Assembly: GCF_006345805.1 (NCBI RefSeq)
Contig: NC_043007.1
Coordinates: 50,716,001 to 50,780,000 of the forward strand
Length of the DNA stretch: 64,000 nt
Direction: 5' to 3'
From: Octopus sinensis
Lineage: Eukaryota
In this document: piece after piece, positions 25,383 through 36,296 of the stretch
How positions within the stretch are numbered: position 1 is the first letter of the stretch
Layout of the letters: each line of letters opens with the position of its first letter
Made by a program: the position numbers and the translations under genes
The notes under the pieces: generated by a model
Database searches by the model: none
What the model was told of the DNA's origin: nothing
The model's input: only the letters and a program-made list of their open reading frames with translations

Positions 25383-25545
25383 AGAATTCACGAAAAAAAC
25401 AAAAGACGAAGACAGGTGGTGTAGAAAACAAACAGATGTATTAGTATAACGATCCGGAATTGAAAAAGTCTTTTACGTTTCGAGTCTACGCTCTTCCACA
25501 GAAAGGAACACAGAAAGAAATAAGGAGAGAAACAAGGAGAGAAAA
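25383..25545 (-). mobile_element. Second copy of the PLE pseudo-LTR-like repeat
   Basis: Homologous to 9211-9365 over about 150 bp. Confidence 0.6.
25470..25505 (-). ncRNA. Minimal type I hammerhead-like motif, second copy (core CUGUGGA)
   Basis: Minus strand reads CTTT-CTGTGGA-A-GAGC-GTAG-ACTC-GAAAC-GTA-AAAG. It has a palindromic ACGT helix III and a GUA triplet, with one mismatch in helix II. Confidence 0.55.
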
Positions 25546-26507
25546 AAATGTGTGTAGTGGCTACCGATCTATCATGGCGACTATATACTGCTTGTTTCAC
25601 TATTTACATAGACATGTATATGTGTGTGTGCGTGCTTATTCTATTAGTTTATGTGCTTAAGGAAGCTAAATATACACTGAAAAGGACTCAAAACTAATAG
25701 CAGAGTGAAAAACTACTATTTATTATCAATGATAAATGTTTATTTCAAACTTTCCCAAATACCGGGCTTCTTGAAATAGTTTTGAGAAGCCTGGTATCGA
25801 CGAAATTTTGCAATAAACAGTTATTTTAGTTAGTATTTTACACATGCACGTGTTCATACGCGCGTATGTGTGCGTATGTGAAGATAAATTAAGAAAGAAG
25901 GAAGACCGCCAGAAAATGAGGAATGGCAGGAAAAAAATGTTCGGAAGGGGTGGCAGAGACACACAAATGAGATATGATAGGATAATTCTCTCGTTTTGAT
26001 CAGTTATCTCTCTCTCTCTCTCTCTCACCATATCTCTACCCCCTGTCTTTCTCTTCTTACCAGCTCAATACAATGCATCTCACCGTGCTAATATTTACAT
26101 TTGCACACATTATCACGTAAACACACTCGTACCCACACCTACACACTCACACACAGGTCAGTACAAAGTAACGACACCCAGAAATAGCCACAATTAGATG
26201 GCACACTTAAAGTTTCCTCCAAGTGACCCACAGTCAAAGTCACAGTCAACAAAGACGTAATTGTTTGGCTTGGAGTCAATAAACAGAAAGAAGATAGTGA
26301 GTCGTGACATACATTATGGGTCTTAGCACACCTTCCCTGAAAATTGCAGTGCTATGATGATGATGATAATCCTCCTCCTTCTCCTCCTCCTCCTCATCAT
26401 CATCATCACCATCATCAAAAGAAGGAGGAGGAAAGAGAGCACGAACAAATACTAGATGTGTTCTACACACACACACACACACACAAACACACACATATAT
26501 ATACATA

Positions 26508-26902
26508 TCTTTATATATAAAAGTGAGGTTGTGTGCTGTCTGTCTCCTACGATTTAAATTCCTAACTACTCCCACATTTTGCGGTGCAGTTTAACCAAAA
26601 CCGGGTATCTTATAGTCGTGATTCATATCGAGCCCTTCTGGGTATTAGCGCGCGTCTCCGATGAGTCTACGATTTAAAAAAAAATTTAGCATCAATTTTT
26701 CCCATTTTTAATGCATTTTTGGCATATATAAGGGAAATAACTCTCTGAAAATTTATTATTAAATCTCAGAATGTAAAAAGCTACAGTAACACCCCCCTTT
26801 GTGGTTAGCCATATTGAGATGGATATTATATTATACATCTCTAAAAATGCTTATATAGTTATTTCCCTAACAAACCCGAGCAACGCCGGGCGATACTGCT
26901 AG
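26508..26902 (+). mobile_element. Non-autonomous Helitron
   Basis: Inserted as A|TC...CTAG|T. The 5' end is TCTTTATATATAAAAG, the subterminal hairpin is CCCG-AGCAACGC-CGGG (26875-26890), and CTAG lies at 26899-26902. Confidence 0.85.
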
Positions 26903-26909
26903 TTATATA

Positions 26910-26962
<53 letters not shown>

Positions 26963-27477
26963 TATATATATATACGTATATGTATATATACATATACATA
27001 TGCATATGCATATATATATATACATATATACATACACGCACGCACATGTTTATATATACATATATATGCACATATATACATATATGGGTACAGGACGTCA
27101 CAAATTGTGTAAACAACATGAAGTACGAAAACAAACGAGTTAAATACGTAAACAACGAGAAAAATGGAAAACAGGACAAGTACACACAGAAAAAGGACCT
27201 TTCATCAGTTGTCGGCTGTCTATCTACTCCTCATTTTGAGTATTCAACGACAATGAGTCTTCGAAGACAGTTGCTCCCATAAATTCTAAAATAATATTTA
27301 AGATTTATGGAGGGTCAAAGTTGGGAACAAAACGAGGACAGTGGACACATACAAGGAAACCAAGCGAAAACAAACATGGAGGGTCATAAGCACCATGGAA
27401 TGAACACCCAAACTTGCACACATGTATTGATACTCTTATCTTTCCTCCTTAGGAAAGTCCTCCTCCGAAAGTATTGT

Positions 27478-27552
<75 letters not shown>

Positions 27553-28452
27553 GATATAGATATATCGTCAATTCGATAAAAAGAGTACTGTGAACATGCC
27601 GTAAGGACTGGAAAAGTCAACGTTTCAGACAAATACCTTCTTCAGAAAAGGGTTGAAATGAGAGAAATTAATGAGAGACAACAGAGTTTTATAGCCTCTG
27701 AGTAAAAAATAACACCAACAACAAAAACTGGAACTGACTGCAACTCAGATGGTGTAAAACTGCTATCACTCATTGATTGATCTCCTTTCAACTTTTCCCC
27801 TTAAGAAAGTCTCTTTCTGAAATGTTGGATTTTCCACCCCTAAAGGAGTTCTCTGTACATTTTTATTGATTTCATGACATAATATAAGTCTTACACTGAC
27901 AAAGACAAATACAAGTTTGTTTGATCTCTGTTTAATCATATACACACACGCACATACACAAACAAACAAACGAACAAACACGTGTATTCTAAGCAATTGC
28001 TCTCTTTATCATTCCGTTGATGTGTCTCGGCATGACAAACGAAGTCCACTCACCTACAGATCATTCACCTAAAATTGATACACCGTTACACCTTAACCAA
28101 AAAATAATCCAACAACATTACACAATACACACAGACAAGTGTGTGTGGGTGATGAACCATGCAACATGACACAGACTTATTTGTTCTCAAGAATAATTTT
28201 TAACTAACCATGCGTGATACACAAGTAACATTTAAATCACACACAGATATGTATATCTATACGGCTAAGGTTTAGAGAAAGTATGTATATGGATAAACTA
28301 ATAAGTTTTCGTTTGTACATTTTCTGTGAAGATACGAGCGTCAATTTTCATATATACATGCACACACACATAGACGGACCGAAGACAGACAGACAGATAG
28401 ACAGATAGACAGATGGACAGACAGGCAGACAGACAACCAGATAGATAGATAT

Positions 28453-28541
<89 letters not shown>

Positions 28542-28543
<2 letters not shown>

Positions 28544-28615
28544 CCATGTTTCCCCGAAAATAACACCTGGTCTTATATTAATTTTGCATCCAAAAAAAAT
28601 GCACTAGGGCACTAG
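28542..28615 (+). mobile_element. Possible terminal fragment of a pogo/Tc2-like DNA transposon
   Basis: TACCATGTTTCCCCGAAAATAACACCTGGTCTTATATTAATTTT resembles TA-CCGTGTTTCCCCGAAAATAAG-type termini, recalled from memory. No partner TIR was found. Confidence 0.35.
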
Positions 28616-28619
28616 TCAA

Positions 28620-28770
28620 AAAAAAGAGCAAGAGTCCTTCCGAATCCGTGGGCTCATAAGGCTTGTTTCCTTGATTCTCAGCTGTATATTTGACTATTTA
28701 TTAAAATTTATGTATGTTTGATTAAGTCTTTCCTTGTTTGTTTTGCAAAATAGTGGTTTTGTTTCTAATA

Positions 28771-28840
<70 letters not shown>

Positions 28841-29907
28841 GAGGAAAATCAGAGAAAAGAATTTTATTGATAAATTCGAACCCATCTAATAGCATAATAA
28901 TAATAATATACTTAGAGGTATTACTTCCACTGCTACGACCATGACCACTAACAACACAACAATACTAAAGTGATCAAGACGAAGATAGCATAGAAAATTA
29001 TCTTATTTAGGGTTAAAAGTTCTATTGCCACCACCATCACCACTAGCAACAATAATTAAGGTGCTGACAATGATGATGATGACAATTGAAATATAAAAAT
29101 AAAAAACCTCTGACAAGGATATTTACAACATTTCTAAAAATAACCCACAATTGCTGCTTCGGCCAGGGTCAAGATACAGGACTCTTGACATGTCCAACAA
29201 AGCGTGATGCCTAAACAATCAGCTCAACCAACCAATCAGCTTAAGTAATGAGTGATACTACACACTGATTGGTCAGAATACAGTTTGCAAAACCTAGCAC
29301 TCTGGAGCCTACCCAGCTGTATTTATAGCACAGAATCAATCATCTTGCTACAGTCAAAAATGTGAAGCATACTGTCAACACTACTACATGAACCCGAAGA
29401 TTGCAGAATTCAATGCATGAAAGTACTATTCAGTTCAATCAATGAATATTTAACATTCTACTATTTCATTTTATTTTATTCAATTATAATATATTATCTT
29501 TAATATATCATTATAAGATTGTAAATAAAACGTGAAAATCAGACAAGGTTGGAATTCTTTTTATTAATATATTCTTCTATACACAATCACACACACCCAT
29601 AATATATATTATATATTATATATATATATATGTATATATATATATACATACATACACGTATACGGCTTAGTGGCTAGTGTGTTGCACTCGTGATCGTAAA
29701 GGTTCTGGTTTCAATTCCTGGACTGGCTGTTGCGTTGTGTCCCTGAGCAAAATACTTCATTTCACGTTGCTCCAGTCCTCCCAGCAGGCAAAAATGAGTA
29801 TTCCTGCGATGGACCGGTATTCCAGCCAGGGCGAGATATATACAGCTGAGAATCAAGGAAACAAGCCTTATGAGCCCACGGATTCGGAAGGACTCTTGCT
29901 CTTTTTT
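28620..29907. repeat. Perfect 70-bp inverted repeat (28620-28689 and 29838-29907) made of a SINE tail
   Basis: 70 of 70 positions are identical by manual comparison. Confidence 0.95.
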
Positions 29908-29908
29908 C
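29663..29908 (+). mobile_element. tRNA-derived SINE (family E) with a central domain resembling the V/Meta-SINE core and a tail shared with family D
   Basis: A box GGCTTAGTGGCTAG; B box GGTTTCAATTCC; central GTTGTGTCCCTGAGCAAAATACTTCATTTCAC and CCTGCGATGGACCGGTATTCCAGCCAGGG. The tail GGAAAC.(A/C)GCC(C/T)TATGAGCC is also present in 24941-25250. Confidence 0.75.
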
Positions 29909-30427
29909 ATGTATCTAATTATTTATGTAGGTGTATACAATTACATTTGACACGTCCGTGCACTCTCAAATACAGAAAAAACCTTCGATGCGGAAATTGT
30001 CTCGTGACACATACGTATATATATATGTATGTATGAATGTATGTGTGTATATATCTCTGTATATATATGTGTGTGTATATACATAGAGAGAGAGAGAGAG
30101 AGAGAGAGGGTGTGAAGTAGAGAGAGGAAGGGAGAGAGAAAACGGTTATAGTAATTACTACAAGGGTTTTCTTATGATATCCTATTTATTAGAATCCATA
30201 TGATATTGCTAATTATTACATTGTTTATCATGGTCTTCTTAACGCAATAGATTGTTATTATATTGCTAATTAAAATTTTGCCAATTATTGTATTTCTAAT
30301 AATTGTTTTGTAAATAAGAACGACCTTTAGCTTTGGTTTCTAATCAGTCACATACGCTTTGGTCAATATGTTTCAACATGCTTCTGTATCTATCTTTCTG
30401 TCTGTCTATCTCTCCGTGTATCTATCT

Positions 30428-30459
<32 letters not shown>

Positions 30460-31624
30460 ATTTATCTGCTTATTTCTCTTTCATTTTCTCTATGTGCGTG
30501 CGTATGTGTGTATCTGTATGCATGTATTTCATTATGCGTATGTATAAAAGCGTATACTCGAAACTTCTTCGCCTTTTTAAAGATAAGCTTTGAAATCATG
30601 TTTCCTCTCTCTCTTCATTCACTAAATTTCAAGGTGTTCGTAGACAGGTGGTGAAAATACACAGTTACTGATGAGATTTTAACTGGAAACAAAGCACACT
30701 TACAACTTTTTCCTCTTTGTTTCTCTATCCACAGGAATTTGTATAGACGAATTGTTTACATTCATCGTAATTTACAGTGTAAGCTAAAAGCCTATAGATA
30801 TGTTCTGTAATACATTACGGCAACAAAGCTAAAAGCGTTTTTAGGTGCTAGATTTGTAAATTCCTTACTCTTAGTCCATCGATATTTATCTCCTGCATTT
30901 CTTCTCTCACACTGATGGTAAGTCAACCATATACATCCACAATCAAGCATATCAATATTTGGCAGTTCCAAAACACAATATCAGGATGATGGTGTTTTAA
31001 TTTATTCTTATATTCCAACAATATTCTTTTAAGAAATAACTCTTTATATTTATCATCATTTATTGGAGAGAATACTGTCTCACCTTTCTTTTTATATCCC
31101 TTCCTGAAATTAATTAGATATTTCTAATGATATTCGTTCTTAATTATTCATTTTATTTATTAATTTGACAGTTCGGTGCTATCAAGCATGACTGAGTTAT
31201 TTTCTCTGCTGGAGCTTTTCTTCGAGATTTTACAACCCAAGTCTCGACGAATATTAATGGATATTTAAGGCCATGTCCTCTTCCATCAGAGGGAAATACA
31301 TGTACATACAAATGGTGTGTACATCTCCACTGGTGGTAAAATTTCCTATAAGACTGAGCATTTTCCATTTCTACTTGTTGAGAAATTCTTGTTGTGCACA
31401 AGAGCAGGCACGGCATCGAGGTTTTCATGATATAATTCTTTTTCTTATGATCTTATGAATATATGTTTGCATGTATGTATGTTTGTATGTATGTATGTAT
31501 GTATGTATGTATGTATGTATGTATGTATGTATGTATGTATGTATGTATGTATGTATGTATGTATGCATGTATGTATGTATATGCATATATGTACGCACAT
31601 CTGTATGCACGTATGTGTATATAT

Positions 31625-32280
31625 CGCAGAATGTGTTCCTGGATTCTCAGAACCTTCCAATCGAGAGATTCCCACACCGTTATCCTTCTCTTCTCCACTT
31701 TTGCCCGACCTCACCTTGAATACTGCTGTCCACTGTGGTCTCCCTACTCGAAACAAAATTGAAGCTCCCCAAAGGTCAATCACGAAAAACGTAGATGGGG
31801 TCGACTAGAAAAGCTGAAACTGTATTCACTCCACGACGCAGTGAACGCTACATTATCTGTATGATGTGGAAAATATTCCATCAGCACTGTCCAAATTATG
31901 TTGGCATCACCTTCAAAATAAATTCAAGACTTGGACCCCGTGCCACCCGTCCACAACAAAAATCTAAATCGCATCTCATAACAACAATACGGCGCAATTA
32001 TTTCGCCTCAATTGGACCCGCTCTCTTCAACATTACACCAGGACACCTCAAAACAGAAACTGACCACACAAAATTCGAGAAGTCTTTGGACAAATTCCTT
32101 CAAGCAGTCCCGAACAAACCACCCACACCCGGATATGTCTCCGTAAACAATAACTCTCTGCTCGAATGGGCCTTGGTACCCAAAACCTGCACTGAAAGAC
32201 TTCGCCAGGTGGTGCTATTAAGTTAGACATGGCCTGGGCCAATACTGGCCAAAACCTTTCTAAGTTATTCTAAGTTATAG
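31625..32280 (+). mobile_element. CR1-like LINE (family CR1-A): 3' end with RT C-terminal remnant and 3' UTR
   Basis: Frameshifted translation WILRTFQSRDSHTVILLFSTFARPHLEYCCPLWSPY...KIEAPQRSITK...RRSERYIICMMWKI...ALFNITP...FEKSLDKFLQAVPNKP. The 3' end has a short tandem TTCTAAGTTA x2. Confidence 0.85.
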
Positions 32281-32333
32281 ATATATGTATGTATACATAT
32301 ATATACATATACATATATATGTATGTATATATG

Positions 32334-32417
<84 letters not shown>

Positions 32418-32659
32418 GTTTAGTTCACTGATGATCTAAACTAATAGGTACGCTGCGTAAGTGCTATGATCGATCAATCGGTCATCCATTAGTTTCTAAG
32501 TTCACATCTGAGGTTAGAGCTAGGGATCCGTAGTAGGCATCCGACTCAGCGGATATATATTACAGGAAAAGGAAAACAAAACCATAGCAGGATGAGCATC
32601 TCAGGTCATTTAGAATATTTAATTAGAGCAAATGTGAATCAAAAAAGAAGTAGAAGTAA

Positions 32660-32737
32660 TATCTTACAGCTGTTTCTGGGATACCCCAGGTAATGGGTTA
32701 ACACCGCCATACACTGGGTATTCCGTCATCAGCGACA
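32660..32737 (-). ncRNA. Type I hammerhead ribozyme motif, left copy of an inverted pair
   Basis: On the minus strand: TGTCG, CTGATGA (32732-32726), helix II with GGAATACCCAG pairing to CTGGGGTATCC, GAAAC (32676-72), AGCT, GTA, AGATA. Helix III is the palindrome ACAGCTGT. Helix I has a mismatch at the core-proximal pair. Confidence 0.7.
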
Positions 32738-32822
32738 AATTGTGTATGTAGGGAAGTATTTATTGCTTTAGTCTTCTATCTACTGTAAATTCTCTATTTT
32801 GAACTTTCCTGCATACACACCT

Positions 32823-32900
32823 TATCTCTGATGACAGAATGCCCAGTGTATGGGGGTGCTGACCTATTAGCTACGATATCCCAGAAACAGTTGTAAGACA
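32823..32900 (+). ncRNA. Type I hammerhead ribozyme motif (PLE/retrozyme-like), right copy of an inverted pair
   Basis: TATCT (32823-27), CTGATGA (32828-34), long helix II region, GAAAC (32884-88), AGTT, GT, A (cleavage triplet GUA, 32893-95), AGACA. The core is intact. Helix I has one A.C mismatch and the outer part of helix II is eroded. Confidence 0.7.
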
Positions 32901-33539
32901 TTATTTCTACTTCACCTTTTTAGATTCATCTGATTAAATATTCCAAATTACCTCAGATGTTCGTCACACTCACACAATATCACACAATACGTACACACGG
33001 AGTGTGTGTACATATTATAGAAATGATTATAGAAATGTTCCTGCAATAATATTGAACATATTGATGCTACCCATAATTCATTAGCAAAACCAGCATTCGG
33101 ATAAAAACTTAACTTTCATTCAGTTGACACTAATTTGTAGCAGTGTTTACAAAACCTCTGATGCGTTAACCACACCAAAAATTATTATTATTATTAGTAC
33201 CTACATCTTCTCGAGCGAATTGGTTCGAAAGTCGATGTTAGTGTCTCGAGACAGATCGTGTCTCGCAAATGGAGGTAAAAATGACCATCTGGCATGTGTC
33301 ATAAAGAAACCTGGTCGACCAAGATTTGTTCTGAAAGGCAATTTCCTTATTTTGACATGTCCCTGCTGACACTTGGAATGACTTGGCCATTCACAAAAAG
33401 AAAAACAAAAACCTGTTGGAGATTCGTAGACGAAAACTAAATAGCGTCCCTGGGGTGCTATAAGTATACTGGGATGAGACAGGTTATGGAATGTGAGGTT
33501 GTTAGTTGCTTCTGGTGGGATTGGCCTTGATGGTGCTGC

Positions 33540-33678
33540 TAATGATGATAAGGAAGAAGAAGGCGACGACGACGACGACGAAGAAGAAGAAGAAGAAGAA
33601 GAAGAAGAAGAAGAAGAAGAACAACAACAACAACAAGAGAAGGAGGGGAGGAATACAGAGAGTGGCGACGACGACGGC

Positions 33679-33729
<51 letters not shown>

Positions 33730-33875
33730 GGTGGTGGTGATGATAATGGTGATGACGATGATGATGATAAGGAGGAGGCGGATTGCGTTGATGATGATGA
33801 TAATGATAATGATCAGTTAGACGACGATGATGATCACGATGATGATGTTGGTGATGGCGATGACGACGATGATTT
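33540..33875 (+). repeat. Compound trinucleotide microsatellite (GAC/GAA/CAA/GAT/GGT)
   Basis: Directly visible. Confidence 0.95.
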
Positions 33876-34584
33876 CCATTCAGTGCATTTTCGCCGTACA
33901 TGTCATGAAACCTGACAAGTGTGATATTTACATCTCGGACGCTTATTTTATATATTTATTTATTTATATTTGGACACACTTGTTTGAACACTTCACTTCG
34001 CGGTGGCACATGTCCGGGCAGGGTTGCTTGTGGATTGCCAGCGGTTTCCCATGCATACCAGTCTCTCCTCTCCTTCTACATTACTAGTGTTCTTTCTACA
34101 GTAATACATCTACAATATTAACCACCTATAATGCAACAGTAAGCAATATTAAATTCACATAATTATTTTCATGTCATTACATTCTTGTATGAAAAGAGAC
34201 AATATCTCCACTCCAATGCACGAACTCCACAATTTAAGACTAAATCACATCATTGTTTCTTTTTTTTTTTTTTTTTGCTTAATCATCAATCCTTTGGTAA
34301 TTAGTCGCGGTCTTAGGAGATTTAATATCGGTTTCGGAACAGATGTTGTATGTTGATGTCTGGTTTTGTTGGTGCTTAGTCAGAGGTGGAAAAGTAGCAC
34401 CTATGACCTTATCAGTCACTCAGTGAGTGGTGGGTACGAGTGGAAAGGATGTTATCCCTAGACGTACAATGGCTGTAAAGTAGGCAACATATTAACTTGA
34501 GAGAAACGATCTCACCTCTAATTTTTCGCCATAAGGCTGGATATATCCTTATTGCCACCTTTAAACTATTTCGGCTCGCTAGAT

Positions 34585-34847
34585 CAATGTTTCTCAACAA
34601 TCTTCCAATTATCTCCCATCCCTATACTTTACAGGCATCACCCCAACTGCCTTAATATTTATAAATCAATTTAATGAAACAAATATTGTTTATAAAGAGA
34701 ATTTATTCATATATCATTTAATAATTTTTATTATCTTGAAAACAGTGAATAAAATTCTTTAAAAAAGACAACTATTTTATTAAATTTCATTCAAAGAAAT
34801 ATCTTAAAGATGCATGGGATCATTCAGGACCCACTCTAAGAAACATT
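34585..34847. mobile_element. Possible decayed hAT MITE
   Basis: The left end is CAATGTTTCTCAAC and the right end GACCCAC..TAAGAACATTG. No TSD was recovered. Confidence 0.35.
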
Positions 34848-36087
34848 GAGTCCAGAAGATACAGACGTTTTCATTTCTTTATGAAGTTTTCAATAATTAC
34901 AACAAAACAACAATTAGTTCTGCATGTTGTCACATTAATAAACTCCCTGATGAATGCTGTGTGTGAATGAAGCTTATTACTGATTATAACTGGAGAGTAA
35001 ATGATCTTCACTTGACGTCCTATTAGTTGATAATGGCAATATTTGATTGACAAAGGATAATCTTTCTCTCACCTCTCCCCCTTCTTTCTCTTCAAATTCT
35101 CTCTTGTTCTCATTAGTTTTATATATTTAACCAGAGATACATTTCATGTTCCTGTATAAAATAAACTTATAAACTTTAAATATTACCACAAGTCGTGTTT
35201 ATACACGAAAACGGATATTATTTTTTCCTCGAATAAAAGTCTGATTGAAACCTATACGGGTGTGGAAAAGTAAAAAATAACATGCATGTTAGAGCTCTGG
35301 AGCTGGGTTCTCTTCCTACTAGGCAAAATATATGTGTTAGATTATATGGAATAATGAAAATCTTCTAAAACATTTTTTAAACAAAATACACAACAAAAAA
35401 TCAAAACACTTAATTTGTTGAAGTTGTATTCATGTATATATTCCAGTTTATGTTCAAGTTTGAGAAAGAGTACACGACTATTACAAGTAATTATTTGTTC
35501 AATTAGCTCCAGCCCAAAACTGCAATGAAGTTTTTCATTCAGTGCAACGGAATAGTGGGAAAAAGTTCTTTGATTCTTCGCTTTTAGATCAACATTATTT
35601 CTGTACAAAACTCTAAAATTTGAATTATCCAAAATTTGCTTCATTTTTATAACACGGGGATGGGGTTCCGCACTATATCCACCCACGCCTAGATATTTTC
35701 CAACCAATTCTTCCCGGAACGTATTTCTTACTTCTTTGAATATAAAATAAACTCCGTCAATAAAATAAAACGTTTCGGTACAATGGATTTACATTACGAG
35801 TTTTGGCTATAAAATGTGTTTTGTACTGATAATAAGTATATACTAAACTAGATATCACTTGAATCAAAAGAACTGCCATCAGGTGGTTATTTGAATTGTT
35901 AGAAATAGCTGCAAAATCTAACTATCGTTCCATATACATCGTCTGACGGACATATTGGATAATGTGGTTCTTCATATATTTGTACGATGGAGTTAATGAT
36001 GACTACTGGCGCTTCTTTAACCCTAGATGTCTTAGATCAGGGCTCACTTGGGTTTAATCAACTATAATATTAATACACAATTCTTAA

Positions 36088-36296
36088 GGCAGCAAGCTGG
36101 TTGACTCGTTAGTATGCCAGGCAAAATGCGTAGCGGCATTTCGTCCGTCTTTACGTTCTGCAAAATCAGCCGGGGTTGACTTCGCCTTTCATCGTTTCGC
36201 GGTCGATAAAACAAGTACCACTTGAAGACTGGGACCGATGTGATCGACTTTTTCCCTTCCCCAAACTTACTGGTTTAGTGCCAAAAGTTGAGAGCA
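36088..36296 (+). mobile_element. SINE family A
   Basis: GGCAGCAAGCTGG...CGTTAGTATGCCAGGCAAAATGCGTAGCGGCATTTCGTCCGTCTTTACGTTCTG followed by the family body. Confidence 0.8.

Larger units (their letters stand above)
32591..32965. repeat. Inverted repeat with arms 32591-32757 and 32803-32965 and a 45-bp spacer, about 80% identity
   Basis: Manual reverse-complement alignment. Each arm contains one hammerhead motif. Confidence 0.9.

Noticed and set aside
30662-30692. CTGATGA...GAAAC as a possible hammerhead
   Set aside because: The intervening sequence does not form helix II (it pairs with upstream CAGTTA instead), and no NUH site or helix I is present.
33493-33915. 140-aa acidic ORF (poly-D/E/Q/G) and overlapping His-rich ORFs
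   Set aside because: It is a compound trinucleotide microsatellite that is open in several frames on both strands, with no convincing splice sites or complex flanking protein sequence.
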